Of a stretch of DNA of 64,000 nucleotides, positions 48,451-60,749 are shown one piece after another (within the stretch, counting starts at the first letter, position 1; every line of letters starts with the position of its first letter). Under the pieces are notes generated by a model, which was not told the DNA's origin, did not search any database, and saw only the letters and a program-made list of their open reading frames with translations. This stretch comes from Octopus bimaculoides (Eukaryota): positions 55,419,003-55,483,002 of the forward strand of contig NC_068998.1 of the NCBI RefSeq assembly GCF_001194135.2, given 5' to 3'. The translations under genes were made by a program, and so were the position numbers.

Positions 48451-49830
48451 TTCTTCTTCTTCTATCAATATTGCCTTCCTATCCTCCACGTAGACATATG
48501 AATGCACTTTCACTCTTACTATTGAGTGTAACGTGATTATTTTTTTCTCTGTTTCAACATTTTTTGGGTACGTTACATAATACCACACTCCTTCTCCTCC
48601 TCGTATCTTCTTTCCTTTCTCTTGGACTTTTGGTTCTCTCCTTTCTTCCTCCATAAATAGTCTCTCCATCTCACCTTCATACAGTTGGGTTTCCGACTCT
48701 TTCTTTGCTGGTAACTCCACTTACATTTTACTTTCTTTTTCCTTCCAACTGCCCTCCTTCACAGTTTCTTTTCTCACCTCTTCTCTCTTCTTTTTCTGCT
48801 TCTCTGGCGGAGAACTCATTCCTCCGCTCCTCCTTCTTTTCTTTTTAACTATAGTGAATCCCTTCTCCATTTCTTTTTTCTGTTGCCTTGTCCTGTACTA
48901 CTTGGTCCACACTCTCATGTCTCTCCTCCTGTTCTGTTTGTGGCTTTCTTTGGGTGCACCGTGCCTTCATGTAGCCCCTTTCTCCACTTGAGAAACACAA
49001 TGGCGGCCTACCCTCCGCAGTAACTCTCAGCTTCACATCTGGCCGCACAATCTCATCCACCACACTATTCAAGTCCTCCGTTGTTGCCTGAATCGTTAAT
49101 TCGATCCCATATCCCCAGCAGTTTACCTTCTGGGTCCTTGTAGCCTTCAGAATCTTCCCGTCTTTCATATTATACGTTATGGCTGTCATCAGTCATTCTT
49201 CTTTCAGTTCGGGTGGTACCTTACCCACTCACACCTTGGCCACACGTTTGCCGCAGTACGAAGGCAAGAGCACCCATTCCTCTGTCCTTATTGCCTCTGC
49301 GGAGTGCTTTATTGCTTCCTCCTCCGTTGTGAAGCACACCTCCACAGTGACGTATCTCCTCCTCGTAACGTATGTTGTAAATCTTTTCAATTCCTTTATA
49401 CATTCCTCTATGGCTTCTATCGGCGCAAATCTCTATTTTTCTTGTGGCTGTCTTCATGGTTTTAAATGTTACCGTTCTTTTTAACACGTTGGCCGATAAT
49501 TCTTCAGGTGGCGTTAGCTTCAGAATATTACTTTCCTTAGTAATTAGTTTTTCACTCTCCTTCATCTTTCTGGGCTCCAATTTTATTTCGCAGACCTCCA
49601 ACTCCTGCACGTCTACTCCTTTGCTCGTTGCGGCCGCATAACTTGGGCCTGCCTCCGGCGCCTTCTCTATTTTCCCACAATGGGAAACAAAACAACAATT
49701 AACGAATTAACAACTTTAGCAACAATTCAAATCAATAACAATGGCAACAATTCAATAAACGTTTCAACATAAACTCACGCAATAACTTCACAGAGACGGG
49801 ACACCGCTAAGCGTTTCTGCCAGCTCCTCG
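48445..49830 (-). mobile_element. Near-full-length, frameshifted ORF1/gag-like coding region of a non-LTR-type element; no RT visible
   Basis: N-terminal EAGPSYAAATSK, RRM-like middle, VKLRVTAEGRPPLCFSSGERGYMKARC (degenerate CCHC at 48956-48997), charged C-terminus (ORFs 49221, 48845, 48445). Confidence 0.7.
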
Positions 49831-49922
49831 CCGCCTTTGATAAAATAAATCAATCAACTATTGGTGTCCATCTAATCAACCATATCTTCGCATAACATTT
49901 CTAGTCGTGATTCCTTCTAAAA

Positions 49923-49955
<33 letters not shown>

Positions 49956-50763
49956 CTAGTAGTAACTACTATCCCTCTTTCCCTATAAGGTTATTATTAA
50001 ACGGTATTTAAACTAAAAAGGAATTTTTGTTGATCTGTCACCGGTAAAACTGAGAAGGGCTTGTTATGTTATAACACACCTGTAATAATTAATTCTTGAA
50101 AAAATTCCAATGCGTCTGTTTGGTATTATTCTACGAGTATGCTTACATTTATTCTTTCATTGTAATTTGTTGTCTTAATTGTTTTCATTTAGAAATATAG
50201 CATAATTGATGATCACCTGCACACCTGTTATTAATTTGTGTATAGCTATTCAATGGAATGTCTTTACAGCCACTGCGATTAGGAAAAGTGTGTGTGAGAA
50301 AGTCTATCAAAAGTGAAACTATTTGCTCCGCAATTTCCGTTAACGCTATTTTTCTTTAATTTTTTTTTTCAGTTGAATCGTTTATTCTCTCTGTGTTTAT
50401 GTATATGTAAGTATATTTATGTGCGTATGTATGTGTAACACTTACACATACACACATAGACAAAAAATACATAAATGTCGATAGCGATTACCTGAGTAGC
50501 ACCCACTCTTGCTCCCACCCTTACATTTTGTATACATCTTTCTCTCTCTCTCTCTCATGCTTTAACGGCACAGAAACCTACATAGTGATATTGTTCTTCA
50601 TTTCATTCATTTATTTGTATTGTATGTGTGTGTGTTAGAGAGAGAGAGGGTGCGTGAGAGCTCTTGTTACCTTTAATTTCCGCGTAGTCATTTGACAAAA
50701 TTTTAATCATGAGTTAATTACACTTCCTCATCCGTAATAGGAAAAAGAAGTCGTCTAAATAAC

Positions 50764-50778
50764 ATGGGAAACATAAAG
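50764..50778 (+). CDS. Probable first coding exon of the METTL24-like gene (MGNIK|gtaacg)
   Basis: aataacATGG start context (A at -3, G at +4), AAG|GTAACG donor, phase 0 matching the phase-0 acceptor at 55142; lies in a visibly CpG-richer stretch. Confidence 0.5.
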
Positions 50779-51859
50779 GTAACGAATGATTAGAAGTGCT
50801 TTATATACACACACACACAGACTATATACACAACCACAATACATATATATATATATCCGAATCAAACTTTTTTGAATTATATATGAAGCTCCCAATAAAT
50901 ATCTCTCTCTCATATATNNNNNNNNNNNNNNNNNNNNNNNNNNNNNNNNNNNNNNNNNNNNNNNNNNNNNNNNNNNNNNNNNNNNNNNNNNNNNNNNNNN
51001 NNNNNNNNNNNNNNNNNNNNNNNNNNNNNNNNNNNNNNNNNNNNNNNNNNNNNNNNNNNNNNNNNNNNNNNNNNNNNNNNNNNNNNNNNNNNNNNNNNNN
51101 NNNNNNNNNNNNNNNNNNNNNNNNNNNNNNNNNNNNNNNNNNNNNNNNNNNNNNNNNNNNNNNNNNNNNNNNNNNNNNNNNNNNNNTGTGTATATAGTCT
51201 TTTAATTTTATCTTACGTAAACACGTAATTAATCCTGAAGAGAAATTCGTAATTGGAATACTACGTTCAGACTTCCCTTTGTCATCAAGACTTAACAGCC
51301 TGGCCAAAATTAATGATTATCAGTGTGAAAGGAGACGATTTTCAAACATTTATGGATTTTGATACTACTGAACTGCATTAAGCCCGTGTTTATATTTAGT
51401 AACATACTGATATCTTTACAAAGCTTGGCGGAATTTGGGACTACAAGCTATCCCTCGAATCCCATACCTGTGGGAAAGAAAAGCGTACTTTTTATTGTTT
51501 CTTTGTTTTTAGTATTTATGTTTTTCATATAATGGAACTTACGATTCTGAAAAACAAATATTTTTCTCTCCACATCCGTACTCTTTCCTTTTCGTTGGGG
51601 TATGGGGTTTCACGAGAAACTATTCCCAAACTTCTCCAATTGATTTTGGGTTCAATTCTATTACACCTACAGTAACTATTTTCTACCAAATTGTTGTAAC
51701 TGAAATTTTATCGAGAGCAAACTATAAGAAGTCTTTTGGGTGATGGACTTGATCAACATTAATTACCATCGGCTGGACCTAAGCTGCTTTTAGTAGTGTC
51801 CATTTTATTGCAAAACCACACATACCTTCCTCTTTTGACTAAGCTATATCTTTTATTTT

Positions 51860-52205
51860 TTCCTTGTTTTAGTCATTGAATTGCGGCCATGCTGGGGCGC
51901 CACCTTTACGGGTTTCTTTGAACAAATTGACCCCAGTACTTATTTTTTTTAAAGTCTGGTACTTCTGCATTTCTCTTGCTGAATTACTAAGTTTCAGAGC
52001 TATAAACAAACCAACACTGGTTGTCAAGTGGTACACATACACACGCACACGCTAGGCTTCTACACAGTTTCTGTTTACCAAATTCACTCACAAGGCATTA
52101 GTTGATCTGGGGCTATGGGAGACGACACTTACTCAAGGCACTGCACAGTGGGACTGAACCTGAAACGTTGTGGTTACAAAGGAAGCTTTGTTAACCACAC
52201 AGCCT
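51860..52205 (-). mobile_element. tRNA-type SINE, family B
   Basis: Same head and body as 44035-44455. Confidence 0.75.
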
Positions 52206-52884
52206 TGCCAACACCTCTTTCAGAGTGATGCTTAAAGCTAGCATTTTTTCGTCTTTACACATCAATCTCTTTCAAAACAATTGATTCAACTCTGCCTTTA
52301 CGTTCAGTTGTATTTGTTGCTGATTAATCAAGGTGACTTCTGATTGAGCACACCTTTGATCACAGGTATTTCTGTGAAGATAGTTGGGTATGATTTAAGG
52401 TAGATTTGTCTTGTTATTTATGGAAGATCCATGAGGTTGCATAAATAGCCACTTGAGCCATTCAGCATCTCCTGCTTCCTTCTTCTGTTGATTCTTAAGC
52501 CTTAATTCTGGAACCTCAGTATCCTGTGTGAGTTTGAATACTAGTTGTTATTGCTATTGTTTAGCCATGATTAAGCAGACTTTTGATCAATCCAGCCATG
52601 CCCATTCTGTCTTTTTTTTTTTTATATCAGCCAATGTATACTCCTTTAAGACAGTGGCATGTTATTTGAGGGAGAATTGGTTGATCTGTCATCTACAGAG
52701 CAGTTATCTTATTGATTCAGTTGAATACAGAGATTAATGCTATTGTTTATTGTTTTAACCACATTGGAAATTGTGGGTGGAAAAAAATACTAACCTCTGT
52801 AAGAGGGTGATTCAGACAAGGTGAGTTAATACCGGCTGCCTGTTGTTGGTTTCTGGAAGCAGTAATGAGTATGTATGGTTAGAT

Positions 52885-53552
52885 GTCATCATCATCATTT
52901 GGCATCTGCTTTTCATGTTGTCATAGGTTAGACAGTTTGACCGGAACTGGTAAGATGGAGAGCTGCATCAAGTTCCAATCTGATTTGGCATCGTTTCTAT
53001 AACTAGATGCCCTTTTTAACCCAACCACTACAAGAGTCTAATAGGTGCTTTTTATGTACCACTGGCATGGGTGCTTTTTATGTATCACCTGCACAGGTGC
53101 CAGTTATGTGACACCAGCATCAGCCACAACAATGATTTCACTCGGCTTGAATCTTCTCAAGCATATTGTCAAAGATCTCAATCACCTCCATGAGACCCAA
53201 TGCTGGAAGATCATGTTTTACCACCTTGTCCCATGTCTTCCTAGATCTACCTCTTTCACAAGTTCCCTCCACAGTTAGAGATTGGTACTTCTTTTCACAG
53301 CTGTCCTTGGCCATATGCGTCACATGATCATACCAGTGCAGTTGTTTCTCTTGCATACCATATCTGATGCTTGTTATGTCCAACTTTCCTCTCAAGATGT
53401 TTACGCTCTGTTGTACATGCCCACTGACATTGCACATCCAGCAAAGCATGCTAGCTTCATTTCTTTCAAGCCTATGCATGTCCTCAGTGGTCACAGCCCA
53501 TGTTTCACTGCCGTGTAGCATGGCTGTTTGCACACAGGCATCATACAACCAC
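52885..53552 (-). mobile_element. 5'-truncated RTE-X-like LINE
   Basis: ORF 53138..53548 (YDACVQTAMLHGSETWAVT…WYDHVTHM…GRSRKTW) and (ATC)n tail near 52885. Confidence 0.88.
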
Positions 53553-53759
53553 TGTTAGTCATTTTTACTATATTGTAATGCTGGGTTGGACTGAAACTGA
53601 TAATAGTCACTTGTTACCTTGACTATCAACAACTGATTACTTTTTGTCAATGAATGGGAAAATCTATTCTGAATTGTACAGTGGTTCAGAAAAAGCCATG
53701 AGGGTTAATGCTCTGACATTTACAAGAATATGTATATCGATATAGATGTATATATTATA

Positions 53760-54065
53760 TTGCTGTAAGAAGTTTGCTTCTCAACCACATAGTTCTAGGT
53801 TCAAGTCCCACTGTGTGGCACCATGAGAAAGCATTTTCTACTATAGCCCTGGACTGTCTAAAACCTTGTGAATGGGCTTTTTCCCCCCACCACTGCTTGA
53901 CAATCGGTGTTGGTTTGTTTCTGTCCCTGTAACTTAACAGTTCTGCAAAAAGTGTGATAGAATATATATACTAGGTACAAACATAAAAAAATACTAGGGT
54001 CAATTCATTTGATTACAACCCTTCAGGACAGTGCTCCAGCATGGCTCAGTTCAATGAGAAGAACA
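53760..54065 (+). mobile_element. tRNA-type SINE, family B
   Basis: taagaagtttgcttctcaaccacatagttctaggttcaagtcccactgtgtggcacc head; body ends …gctccagcatggc…. Confidence 0.75.
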
Positions 54066-55141
54066 AATAAAAAATAAAAACACACACAAAGAGATGCATG
54101 CAGGATGTTTGCTAAATAAAATTCGTGCTGAGGGTTATGAGCAATTTAGAAAACTTACTGTTATTAGTATTGATTCAGTTGCCCTGACAACAGAGCTTAT
54201 CCATGCATTGTTTGGTTTACTTGCTGTCGGTAAGATCTGTTTGGTGTTTAGTAAATGATGTCTGTGGGGAGAGGGATGTTTCTTGGGGACATTTGAAAGA
54301 ATTACTCCTTCACTTCCATCACACATAGCTTTGAATTAATTGGCAAAGTGATGAGTAAAAAAGAAATCACTATTTTGAAGTAAGATAAAATATCCAAAAA
54401 CAGTGATGTAGTAGGGAACAGATAAATGGAATTAGCTCCAGGCTGTATGTTCCTTTTTAGGGTCCATAAAACTATTTGGATCTTCTCTATAATGTTTAAA
54501 GAAAAAAAGAATGTGTTCCATAAAGAAGGAAAATAAAGTTCCATAAAGTGGCAAGTCTCTTATTCAACTACACTGCCAGGAAAAGATAAAAAAGTGTATA
54601 TGAGGAAAAGGTTTGGCATTTCAAACCTTCAAACTTGGAGTTAATATTATTTCAAATAACACTTTTGATGCAGGAAGTTTGTAATATCTTGCAAATATCT
54701 CCATGGAACTTCGCTTATTCAATGAATAACGATATAAAAATCAATGCTTGCCTTTGAACAGATCTTAATCTACGATAAGTTAGTGATGGTTAATAGAGTT
54801 TGATTGCCCATACTCATATCCTAATTATGATATTTTTATGATTTATAATAATAATGAAAAAGTATTGACAAAGAAGTTACTCAAAACAACAAGTGTTCCT
54901 TTGCAAAAAGAAAATTGACACGATTAGATTTACGCAAAGAATCTTGGTTAAATTTATAGTAAGACGATTTCGGAGCAAGGTACATAACTCTGCTTGTTTC
55001 AATTTATGGCCTATCTTGGCTGAAACTAGAAACAACCAGTTATAAAGTTAATTGTTCAAACAATATGTAAATGAATCAATTTTTTTTCCCGACATCTGCT
55101 TTTACTGTTAATAATGTTTTCTTTTTAATATTTATTTGTAG

Positions 55142-55297
55142 ACAAGCCTAAGGAAAAGATGGTTTTTTCTTCGAATGTTCTTTGTATGTGGAGTTGTCAT
55201 CACTCTGTTACTTTATATTGTATTCAGTCAACGAGTTAAAGTAATACCGGCCACAGATTCATGGGACATTCCAGTGATTTGGAGTCCAATAAAAGAC
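55142..55297 (+). CDS. METTL24-like exon with basic tail and transmembrane anchor (TSLRKRWFFLRMFFVCGVVITLLLYIVFSQRVKVIPATDSWDIPVIWSPIKD)
   Basis: Acceptor ttttctttttaatatttatttgtag, donor GAC|gtaggt; 156 nt, phase 0/0, open frame with one hydrophobic segment of about 20 aa, in frame with the next exon. Confidence 0.8.
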
Positions 55298-55664
55298 GTA
55301 GGTGTCATTTTTATGCAGCTTTCTGAATATAGCATTTATTAAAACAAAAATTTTAGACTTCACTTTAGGCATATGCATGGGTATGTAGTTAAGAGGCTTG
55401 CTCCTCAACCATTTTGTTCCAGGTTCATTCCCACTGCAGGCACTTTAAGCAACTATTTTCTATTATAGCCCCAGACCAACCAAAGCCTTGTGAGAGGATT
55501 TGGTAGGCAGAAACTGAAAGAAGCCTGTCGTATGTGTGTGTACACTCACACAAACATATACACAAATACTGTATACTTTGGTTTATATACCACTCTATTG
55601 ACAAATATATGAGTGCCTAATTTTCTGACTTATAGGTTCTTAGATGACTATATCTATATGTGTG

Positions 55665-55741
<77 letters not shown>

Positions 55742-55756
55742 TTATATATATATATA

Positions 55757-55950
55757 TTGGGTTGGAACAAAAGTTTGTACCATTTTTAAAGTAAAATTAA
55801 AAAAACAATATTTAGATATTTGTATATAAATAAATCACATATGCCTCATTTTGTTCCACTCTCTTTCACTATCTTTGAGGCAGCTTCATGATTTCATCCT
55901 CCGAGAACTTGGCATTTTTCTGGGCTATGAACATCTGATTTTGCCGAAGT
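55757..55950 (-). mobile_element. Mariner transposon 3' end
   Basis: TIR-like TA|ttgggttggaacaaaagt… inside a (TA)n tract; the minus strand reads IMKLPQR**KRVEQNEAYV, matching the mariner C-terminal motif. Confidence 0.75.
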
Positions 55951-56649
55951 TCATATATATATATTTATATATTTATTTCTGTGTAAGTTAGAGGTTGAGA
56001 AACCAACTAAGGGATAGTACCAATCCAATATACTGCTGAATAACCTGCACTTATTCATAGTCAAGTGCTAGTTATTGCATGGCAATCTCACAATTGAGTA
56101 TTATATATGGGNNNNNNNNNNNNNNNNNNNNNNNNNNNNNNNNNNNNNNNNNNNNNNNNNNNNNNNNNNNNNNNNNNNNNNNNNNNNNNNNNNNNNNNNN
56201 NNNNNNNNNNNTATATATATATATGTATATATCTATATATGTATATATATATATATATATACATCTATATATATATGAGTGTGTGTGAGCTGGTGTTTCC
56301 TTGTCTTGACAGAATGTGATTGATGTTGAGGGTGAGCATCTCAAAAATCAAAAACAGGTGAAGGTTAACAGCAGGAAGGGCATCTGGCCGTAGAAAATCC
56401 ATGTCAACAAATTCTGTCCAACCAATAGAGCATGAAAAAAGGGACATGAAGGTGATGAAGACTTTAATAATTGAAATGCGAAGCTTTTAATTAAATTTAC
56501 ACTTGAACTCTGTAGAATGGTTACAATGAAACAGGTGTGAGGCAGGCTTTTTCCAGGTTGGGCCATTATTTTATTAGCCTGGTTTGAATCTTGTTAATTG
56601 ACCCAATGCCTCACTTTTGTCTCAGTTTGGTGTTTATATGAGTGAAGAA

Positions 56650-57400
56650 ACCTGTTTACTCCTTGAAATTATTCAGTTTTTTATGATAAAGGATTCCTTT
56701 ATTTGGGGGTGGAAAGGTTGGGGGAGGTGCTGTAACCATGACTTTCTTAGCTCCTCCAAGATTGGTGATTTCAATATTCCTCTTGAATATCAACAATCTA
56801 ATGGCCACAGTTGTTAGAGAGTAGGATGGCCAGAAGGAGTGGATACAATATGGTTGGTGAGAAGAAGAGAAACAAGTGGACTGCGATTACTTGAGCAGAT
56901 GTGGCACAAGACCAGCAGAGGTCAGTGAGGTATTGATAAAAAAAGGTGAAGGTACATCTATGAGCCAGAAGTTGGAGTGTGTTGGTGAGTGACTTCATGT
57001 CAATCAGTCAGATGGCCTTTCCTTTGACGTAGTCCATGATGTCTGTGTGCGTGAGTTTAACAGTTACATTATATCAAGTACTGTGCAAGTGTGAGTCTCA
57101 CATGAGCTTTTGTAAAGGGGTGATAATTGTTGGGATGTGAAATATTTTGTGGTTGTGAAGAGGAAGGCTAGTCTTTGCTTTGTTGAGGATGTGCATTCAC
57201 CATAAGATATCCTCAGTTACAGTGAGGCTTAGCATTTGTAGCAATGTTGAGGGTTTAGTTGTGCACTGCTTATATTTAGGAGAGATGAAGTGCAATGATA
57301 TTTTCTGGATATGTGTATTGATTGTACCTTTCAATTGTTGAAAAACTTTCTCTCTGTTCATGGACTCAGTACATGAAGTGTCTCGGTTGGATATGGAAGG
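56650..57400 (-). mobile_element. Degenerate CR1/Crack-like LINE 3' ORF2 fragment
   Basis: Minus-strand frames LTVTEDILW.MHI…, GKAI.LIDMKSLTNTLQLLAHRCTFTFFYQY (ORF 56798..56998). Confidence 0.55.
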
Positions 57401-57593
57401 TTAGTTGGAAGAGAAAATGGTATTGTTTATGAAAGGTTGCATTGGTGGAGGTAATGGCAAGCAGGTTGTTCATATAAAGGGACTGGCAGAGATGATAAAT
57501 TGTGGGGCAGAGAGAACTCTGCCAGGAAGCCGCTGTTCTGTATTTCAATGAATATCTGGAAAGTCTAATTTAGTCTGTATCTATGTCTTGCAG

Positions 57594-57706
57594 GAAGCTG
57601 AAATACCACCTGAGCCACCTTTACCAAATATTCTTTATATCAATGCTAGTAAAATAACTCTTAGTTTGGATCAAAGTGAGCAAAATATAGAAGAAAATTT
57701 TTTTCA
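57594..57706 (+). CDS. METTL24-like stem exon (EAEIPPEPPLPNILYINASKITLSLDQSEQNIEENFF-Q)
   Basis: Acceptor tatgtcttgcag, donor CA|gtgagt; 113 nt, phase 0 to 2. Confidence 0.85.
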
Positions 57707-57926
57707 GTGAGTTTTATTTTTATTTATAATGATGTTATTTAATCTCTTGTTAACTCTGATCAAACAGATCTGGTGACAGCCATTCCAGTTTGTCATATTC
57801 TTTTTTTTTTCCCTTTTTAACTCCAGTATAGTCTATGTAGAATGGTGTCTTTAGTTTTAAGATACTCGGGTGTGATTTAAGGCTGTTAGTTTTATTATTC
57901 AAGTGGTCATGTTTTATGAATGTAAG

Positions 57927-57992
<66 letters not shown>

Positions 57993-59140
57993 CAGAGCAC
58001 AGCTGTACATAGAATGTCTCTCTCACTGACCTATTACTCACAGCAATTGGTGCATACACTGTAAATAAGGAAACAACATCCAGAGAATGTCAAATCCTCA
58101 GCTACATAATATGCTTGTTGATAGATGTTTCATTGATATCATTTTGTCCAGCCAATAGCTTCTGCAACCGCTAGTGCTCTGACTTGCCAGCCATCAAAGT
58201 GTTCCAACCACTAGTAGGTGTAAACACTGGATGAGATTTTGCATCTTCTTGGCCGACACACCTCCAATAGGGCTCCACAGTGACTTGAAAATAGCTAAGT
58301 TCCAAAGATATCAGTGGCAGAGGGGAGCTATCTCTCAAAGAGAACATTCCAGGCCCCCACCTGAATAGCCTTCCTCAGGTCAAACTGAGATTCCATTCAC
58401 CTGACACTTTTGTACCCCTCAGGCCACAACCCTCCAACCCAGTCTGTCCTCCAGGGTTTTTTCCCATTTGGTGGATGGCTCCTGACGGCTTTGCTCTAAT
58501 TGTTTTATATGATGTGCCTTACAGGCAGTCGAGCTGCTACCTCAGAAGAAAGAACTTGAGGAGTCTGGGATGTTGCTACTAGTGAGAGTTTTACAAGGCT
58601 GGAGTGCAGATCATATCTCAACCTCTTTTACTTGCCTTTTATGATACCCAAAAGAAACATTAGGTCTATTCTTTGGCATTCCACTCCCCATACAATGTTT
58701 GATCATCATTGATGATGATCAATCCTTCCAAATGTCTACCAGCATCAGTAGGCCTGAAAGATACAGTGGAGCTCAAGCCAAAAATGACACACTTTACATT
58801 CTAAAGAAAACAATTTAGAAGAAAAGTGTAAAAAGCTATTGCTTACTTTGTTTTATCAATCATACTTGTGTATAACGAAATTATGAGTGATATTTGTTTT
58901 GAAGACACTTGGACATTAGTATGGATATTCCAAGGCTTAAATTGTTTTTAAAATTCCATGGCATTCTGAGATACTTCTTGTGGTACAGTTTGATAACCAC
59001 TGATTTCCATATTCATTTCGGCCACTTTAATCAAGAATTCTTCTTCTTTGTATATATATCTATTCTTCTTTATTTTCTATATTTTTTTTTATATTTTAAA
59101 ACATTAAATGCAATAAATTACTATGTTGTTTTCTTCAAAG

Positions 59141-59269
59141 GTTTCTCATTAGAAAAGAAATTTGGTGTAAAAAGAATGAACGACTTGGACATCAAGGAGC
59201 AGGTGGTTGGAATGTCTGCCTTTCTCCACCTTTTGGGCTTTCTAAACCTTGTATTGTTTATCTTATTGG
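59141..59269 (+). CDS. METTL24-like exon (Q-FLIRKEIWCKKNERLGHQGAGGWNVCLSPPFGLSKPCIVYLI-G)
   Basis: Acceptor gttttcttcaaag, donor GG|gtaagt; 129 nt, phase 2/2. The C....R.G....GGW.VC......C.VY..G pattern is typical of METTL24/Methyltransf_22 proteins. Confidence 0.9.
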
Positions 59270-60161
59270 GTAAGTGATAACCTTTCTCTTCATAAATCCT
59301 TACAAGAATTTATGACACCAGTATATTAATATTTGGTGGCAAATGAAGCAACAATGTTAGGAACTATATGGAAAAAAATATTTATTGAAATATAAATATG
59401 ATAGATGCAGGTGTGGCCGTAGATTTTGGGTTCAGTTTCACTGCATGGCACTTTAGTCAAGTGTCTTCTTCTATAATCAAGTTGATTAATGTTTTGTCAC
59501 TTACTCTCTCCTAAATGTGAGTAGCTCCTCTACAACAAGAGCCTGCTCTACCCCAATTCTTTAACCATGAGCTTTCATCTACCAAATATACTCAAGGCAT
59601 TGGACATCTCAGAGCTGTAATAGAAGACAGTTGCTCCAGGTGCTATGCAGTGAAACTGAACCCAAAACTATATGGTTACTTCTTAACCACACATCCTGTG
59701 TTTATATTAAATATTTGCTTAATTAATCGAATCTCAAACTGCAAATCATCTAGGACCTACTTCATTTTCTTGACTGTTCTACTAGTTGTGGTTGTTTGGT
59801 CCAAAGTCAACTTTGATCCACGAGACTTGTGATCAAAGGCGATTAGTGATGATCGTTTTATTAGTCTTTTTTGGTACGTTTTCTTAGAAAGTGGTTCTAA
59901 GGATGGAGTGTAGCAGAGAGGAGAGAGCATGGCTGGAGGAAGACAAGGAGAAATGGAAATGGTTCTAAGGATGGAGTATAGCAGAGTAGTTAGTCATCAC
60001 TGGTTTCTAAAATATAATTTCTTTGTAATTAATTACTTTCATTAAATGCAAGAAAAAAAGAACAAACCAAAAAACATCTAAACATATTTACTTATTTTTC
60101 TTAACAATAGTGTAAATATTTTTATGACAATATTTGTTTTTCTTTCTCATTATTTTCTCAG

Positions 60162-60236
60162 AACAGATGCAAACTCTGAATTTGATGATGCCATTTCTTA
60201 TATTTATGGTTGCCATGTTCATGTATTTAACCCTGC
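60162..60236 (+). CDS. METTL24-like exon (G-TDANSEFDDAISYIYGCHVHVFNP-A)
   Basis: Acceptor tttctcattattttctcag, donor GC|gtaagt; 75 nt, phase 2/2. Matches the family motif FDD.....YGC.VH.F[D]P. Confidence 0.9.
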
Positions 60237-60455
60237 GTAAGTTCTATTGATTTTAATTTCCACGATAATGAAGAGGCATTTTCTATGGAATTTTTCAAAA
60301 ATATACAACTGCTTCTCTAACCATAACCATAGTTTCTTTAATCCTTGTGTGGACATGAATCTGAACCCCCCCCCCCTGCTCCAAGTTGTATCTAAATACT
60401 AATCTCAACAATGTTTCTATTTCCAACACTCTATTCTCAATATTTATATTAACAG

Positions 60456-60594
60456 AAAGAAGAAACTTAACAGGAAGAAGTCTAACCTGATCCATGTGCA
60501 CAACTTTGGACTCAGTAAAAAAGATGATTCCAGCCCAGAAGGCTGGACAACAGTGACTTTCAAAAAGTTACTTGAGCAGAATGGTCATTTGCAA
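60456..60594 (+). CDS. METTL24-like exon (A-KKKLNRKKSNLIHVHNFGLSKKDDSSPEGWTTVTFKKLLEQNGHLQ); gene continues beyond the exons found
   Basis: Acceptor tttatattaacag, donor CAA|gtaatt; 139 nt, phase 2 to 0. Fits H..GL......GW...T...L....GH. The expected next exon (ID.LK.D.E motif) was not found in the window. Confidence 0.88.
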
Positions 60595-60749
60595 GTAATT
60601 AGCATTTTCTTTTATCTATAATATGCAATATCTGAATATTCTGTAATTCTGAGAGAATTCTGAGAATTTGTTCCTTAAATTTTTTAAATTCTTCTGAGTC
60701 ATGTTATAAAGCTGAATAACTTTTCTTACAGATTCTTTCATGGCTGATT

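Noticed and set aside
60162-60236. Alternative frame MQTLNLMMPFLIFMVAMFMYLTL resembling a signal peptide
   Set aside because: That frame hits a stop early in the next exon, while the other frame continues the METTL24-like motifs with correct phases.
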